A stretch of DNA of 64,000 nucleotides from Macrostomum lignano (lineage: Eukaryota): the NCBI GenBank assembly GCA_002269645.1, contig NIVC01002462.1, positions 107,990 to 171,989 on the forward strand, given 5' to 3'. The translations under genes were made by a program, and so were the position numbers. This document shows positions 42,399-64,000 of this stretch, piece after piece. Positions within the stretch are counted from its first letter, which is position 1, and the number at the start of each line of letters is the position of its first letter. Below the pieces are notes generated by a model that made no database searches, was not told the origin of the DNA, and saw only the letters and a list, made by a program, of their open reading frames with translations.

Positions 42399-43181
42399 AT
42401 GGAGACCCAGAAAATCTATTTAAAAAATTTCGAGCTAATTTTCCAGTGGATAATTTTGCTGTCAGTATCCAGCGCGGTCCAGAGCCAGGTGGCTCAGTGT
42501 CCGGGACCTTTCCAACTGCTCAACGCCACCCAGCTGTGCCTGTTCATCGAGACAAATTCGATTTACTCCTGGTGCTCCGCCAACCAAAGGTGCACTGAGA
42601 TGGGCGGTGAGCTGATCAACTCGCCAGACTCAATTGGTAAGCTGATCTTCTCGAACACGCTGCATGGAAACAAAGACACGACTCAACTGTGGGTTGGAAT
42701 CAACGATTTGGAATCCGAGGCCAACACCAGCAGGGCCGGCTGGTAGAGAATCAACGGAGGCGGCAGGTTCCAAGGAAGTAACTCGCTGTGGCACCCGACG
42801 GAGCCAAATGGAAGTCTCAAAGCTCACTGCTTGCGCATTCTATATCCGTACGGCTCTCCACGTCTGGGCGACATGGGCTGCAACGGGGGTCTCGGCTTCA
42901 TTTGCCAGTTCGTACAGCCTTTGTCTCACAATAGGGTTTCCGTCTGGAAGCCGACGGAGTTCACGAGAACCCGGAGCGACACGTACTGCTGCTGCGATGA
43001 GCTGCAGCCAGTGGCCTCGCTGCAGGCCTGCCTGGTCAGAGCCTTCCTGTGTGGCAGCAGGTGCCGCAGCGCTCTGTACAACAGCCGGCTGGCCGCCTGC
43101 CGCCTGCTGCAGTTCGCCGACGCTCCGGTCGACCCGGAACTCGAGAGCAGCCCGGACTGGGTCAAGCTGGTCAGGGTCTGA
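42399..43181 (+). pseudogene. Secreted C-type lectin + PAN/apple domain gene with one in-frame TAG at 42744-42746 (null allele, pseudogene or readthrough)
   Basis: Signal-like FQWIILLSVSSAVQS. CTLD reads CPGPF..CLF...W..ANQRC...GGEL...WVGIND...GW*RING...WHPTEPNG..HC...LGDMGC..GFICQ. PAN-like C-terminus reads CCC...SLQACL...C..RCRSALYNSRLAACRL. Track ORFs 42333..42746 and 42831..43181 share one frame. AATAAA at 43381. Confidence 0.8.
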
Positions 43182-43282
43182 GTGGGTCAAGCTGGTCAGG
43201 GGCTGAGTGGGTCAAGCTGGTCAGGGTGTGAGTGGGTCAAGCTGGTCAGGGGCTGAGTGGGTCAAGCTGGTCAGGAGCTGAG
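43158..43282. repeat. 25-bp tandem repeat (5 copies) whose first unit holds the last codons and stop of the lectin gene
   Basis: TGGGTCAAGCTGGTCAGGGTCTGAG x5 with variants. Confidence 0.93.
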
Positions 43283-43380
43283 CTGTCAGCCTTTACTAAA
43301 AAATATAAAGAAAAACAAAACAGTGAATCTTCTCTGGCGTCATTAAAATCGACCAGACTTTTACTTATATTTTTTGCTTG

Positions 43381-43397
43381 AATAAATGCGATTTATT
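43381..43397. terminator. Bidirectional poly(A) signal AATAAAT-GCG-ATTTATT between convergent genes
   Basis: AATAAA on + at 43381-43386 and on - at 43397-43392, between the stops at 43181 (+) and 43470 (-). Confidence 0.6.
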
Positions 43398-43469
43398 TGT
43401 ATATTCATGAGAGCTGTCATCGTGTGCTGTCAAGCTTGGCGTGTTTCGATCAGATGAGGAAATAAAAAA

Positions 43470-60511
<17,042 letters not shown>

Positions 60512-60520
60512 CTGCGGATG

Positions 60521-60588
<68 letters not shown>

Positions 60589-60589
60589 T

Positions 60590-60767
<178 letters not shown>

Positions 60768-60768
60768 C

Positions 60769-60811
<43 letters not shown>

Positions 60812-60812
60812 C

Positions 60813-60843
<31 letters not shown>

Positions 60844-62601
60844 TTTCCCTCCTCCCTGACTCTTTTTTCCCTCCTCCCTGACTGTTCTTTTCCCTCCTCC
60901 CTGACTCTTCTTTTCCCTCCTGGCTGACTCTCTTTTCCCTCCTCCCTGACTCTTCTTTTCCCTCCTCCCTGACTATTCTTTTCCCTCCTGGCTGACTCTC
61001 TTTTCCCTCCTCCCTGACTCTTCTTTTCCCTCCTGGCTGACTCTCTTTTCCCTCCTCCCTGACTCTTCTTTTCCCTCCTCCCTGACTCTTCTTTTCCCTC
61101 CCCCTGACTCTTCTTTTCCCTCCTTCCTGACTCTTCTTTTCCGTCCTCCCTGACTCTTCTTTTTCCTCCTCCCTGACTCTTCTTTTCCTCCTTCCTGACT
61201 CTTCTTTTCCCTCCTTCCTGACTCTTCTTTTCCCTCCTCCCTGACTCTTCTTTTCCCTCCTTCCTGACTCTTCTTTTCCCTCCTGGCTGACTCTTCTTTT
61301 CCCTCCTTCCTGACTCTTCTTTTCCCTCCCGGCTGACTCTTCTTTTCCCTCCTTCCTGACTTTTCTTTTCCCTCCTGGCTGACTCTTCTTTTCCCTCCTT
61401 CCTGACTCTTATTTTCCCTCCCCCCTGACTCTTCTTTTCCCTCCTTCCTGACTCTTCTTTTCCCTCCCCCCTGACTCTTCTTTTCCCTCCTCCCTGACTC
61501 TTCTTTTCCCTCCTTCCTGACTCTTCTTTTCCCTCCCCCCTGACTCTTCTTTTCCCTCCTCCCTGACTCTTCTTTTCCCTCCTGGCTGACTCTTCCTTTC
61601 CTCTGAGTCCTCCACTCCCTTTTGTCCTCATCTTCATCAGTCTCATCCTTTCTCCCAGGACTACGAGCTATCTCTCGCTTTCAATTTTGCCCCAGCTCCC
61701 GCTGTCAGCTGGTCGCTCCCGGCATCAAAGCAGCCACAGCCGGGGGATGCAGACTCGACCCAACAAGCCGCCTCCCTCAATAGCCGGTGGCATTTTTCCC
61801 ACGGGACTTTTGTCCCTCCCTCCAGCCCGCTTGGCCCAGCCCGCATGCTGGTCAACTAAGATCTTCTCTCTCTTGCGCTTGCTTTTCAAATTTCTTTTTA
61901 AACCTTCCCCTCCGCTGTCCAATTCAATGCGTTCGAATGGTTTATTTAGAAGACGCCATTCATTGATTGTTAGTTAATGCGGACTTTTCCTTGCCAATGC
62001 GCAAAAGGCATCGACAAAAATCAGCAATTCTATTTGTGAAGACTTCTGTCCGCAGAAGCAGAGCCAGCCAGATGTGACGCCAAGTCCGGTGCGGTGTGGC
62101 AATTGAGTTTGCGCCACAGCCAGTGGCGTCAAACAAGCCGTCTGCGCCCCCCCGAACTCCGAACTGCTGGCAATAAATCTCTCTAGAGCTGGGCAGGCGG
62201 CTAATGCAATTTGTAAGATTGCATTTTGTGAGTGCACGCAAAATTTGTGGCGCTTTTGTAGCTTTTTTTGAGATTGAATCTGGCCCACTGCCAGCCCTGA
62301 ATGCCTGGCCGTCTCCCTCTGCACTCCATCCAGATCTGTCTGACGTTTAGTCTGTCATGTTTTTGCCGTCATTTCCGGACACATCGTCTGGATACTCGAT
62401 ACCCCCTCGCCTGCTCGCTCGCTGTGGGCCTTGAAAAGTTCCGCTGTAAGCTGGCACAAAAAAATTAAGTCCAGACTGCATTGAATTTTGCGTTAGGAAT
62501 CGTGGATATAACACAGACAGACAGAGAGAAAGGAGAGAGAGAAAAAGAGTCAGAAAGAAGGGAAAAGAGAGTCAGAGAGAAAAAGAGGACAGTCAGATAG
62601 G

Positions 62602-62687
<86 letters not shown>

Positions 62688-62698
62688 GAGAGAGAGAC

Positions 62699-62752
<54 letters not shown>

Positions 62753-64000
62753 AGGGTCAGGAGAGAGTCAGAGAGGGTCAGGGAGAGGGTCAGAGAGGGT
62801 CAGGAGAGAGTCAGATAGGATCAGGGAGAGGGTCAGAGAGGGTCAAGGAGAGGGTCAGAGAGGGTCAAGGAGAGGGTCAGAGAGGGTCAGGGAGATAGTC
62901 AGAGAGGGTCAGGGAGAGAGTCAGATAGGATCAGGGAGAGGGTCAGAGAGGGTCAAGGAGAGGGTCAGAGAGGGTCAGGGAGAGAGTCAGATAGGGTCAG
63001 AGAGGGGAGACTCAGAGAAGGTTGGGAGAGAGTCAGAAAAGGCCTGGGAGAGAACCAGAGAGGGTCAGGGAGAGAGTCAGAGGAGGTTGGGAGAGAGTCA
63101 GAGAAGGTCGGGGAGAGAGTCGGATACGGTTAGGGAGAGAGTCAGTCAGCGAGGGTCGGTGAGAGAGTCAGAAAGGGTCAGGGAGAGAGTCAGCGAGGGT
63201 CGGTGAGAGAGTCAGAAAGGGTCAGGGAGAGAGTCAGAGAGGGTCAGCGAGAGAGTCAGATAGGGTCATAGAGGGGAGACTCAGAGAAGGTTGGGAGAGA
63301 GTCAGAGAGGGTCAGGGAGAGAGTCAGAGAGATGGGGAGTGTGGATGGAGAAATGAGAGTTTTAAGACTTTCCCAGTGACTGTATTGGCATGTAGGACAG
63401 AACTAACGTGTTTCTTCCTTGCTTTCGGGTCAGACTTCTATAGCTTGGCAAGAACCGGCGATTCAGTCTGCAGCTCAGTACCAACATGCGAGTAGGAGTC
63501 TGGCATTGTGAAGTACGCGACTGCTTCATCAAAATATATTTTAGAAACAAATAGTTAAGACTCAATAGGAGGACAATCAGAAAGTCCCTCTGAGAGAGGC
63601 TGAAAGCATCTTCAGTAAGAGGTCAAATATCAAAGCATGGAACAGGGATGAAAAAGGTATGGAAGTTTTGGAACTTAGGAAGTTACGGCACATTGATGGA
63701 GATTGACGGAGATTGAGGGAGATTTATGGAGATTGATTGAGAGATTGATGAAGAGATTGATAGAGAGATTGATGGAGAGATTGATGGAGAGATTGATAGA
63801 GAGATTGATAGAGAGATTGATGGAGAGATTGATGGAGAGATTGATAGAGAGATTGATAGAGAGATTGATGGAGAGATTGATAGAGAGATTGATAGAGAGA
63901 TTGATGGAGAGATTGATAGAGAGATTGATGGAGATTGATGGAGAGATTGATAGAGAGATTGATAGAGAGATTGATAGAGAGATTGATGGAGAGATTGATG

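Overview
Eukaryotic (metazoan) genomic DNA with GT-AG introns. The repeat-saturated architecture and gene content suggest a free-living flatworm such as Macrostomum, which is an inference. Four host genes can be reconstructed by hand. (1) A two-exon allatostatin-A/galanin-type GPCR (+, 6573-10100). (2) A 15-exon EF-hand + WD40 protein of the WDR49/CFAP337-WDY family (-, 40096-12250, ~1272 aa). (3) A single-exon secreted C-type lectin + PAN/apple gene (+, 42399-43181) broken by one in-frame TAG. (4) A 4-EF-hand calmodulin-like gene (-, stop at 43470, 5' end beyond the window) whose 144-nt symmetric exon lies in a ~6.9-kb unit repeated three times in tandem (47070 to window end). Mobile DNA: a full-length APE-RT-RNase H LINE with a TAATG stop/start overlap inserted into a minisatellite, a 698-bp MITE with 8-bp TSD, an 812-bp Mutator-type foldback element with 9-bp TSD, and tRNA-derived SINEs. 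Almost every long intron carries its own minisatellite family, often starting or ending within a few bases of a splice site. Most long ORFs in the supplied track are translations of these repeats. Homopolymer indels in the LINE and among the duplicated units point to long-read consensus errors, so indel-based claims need read support.
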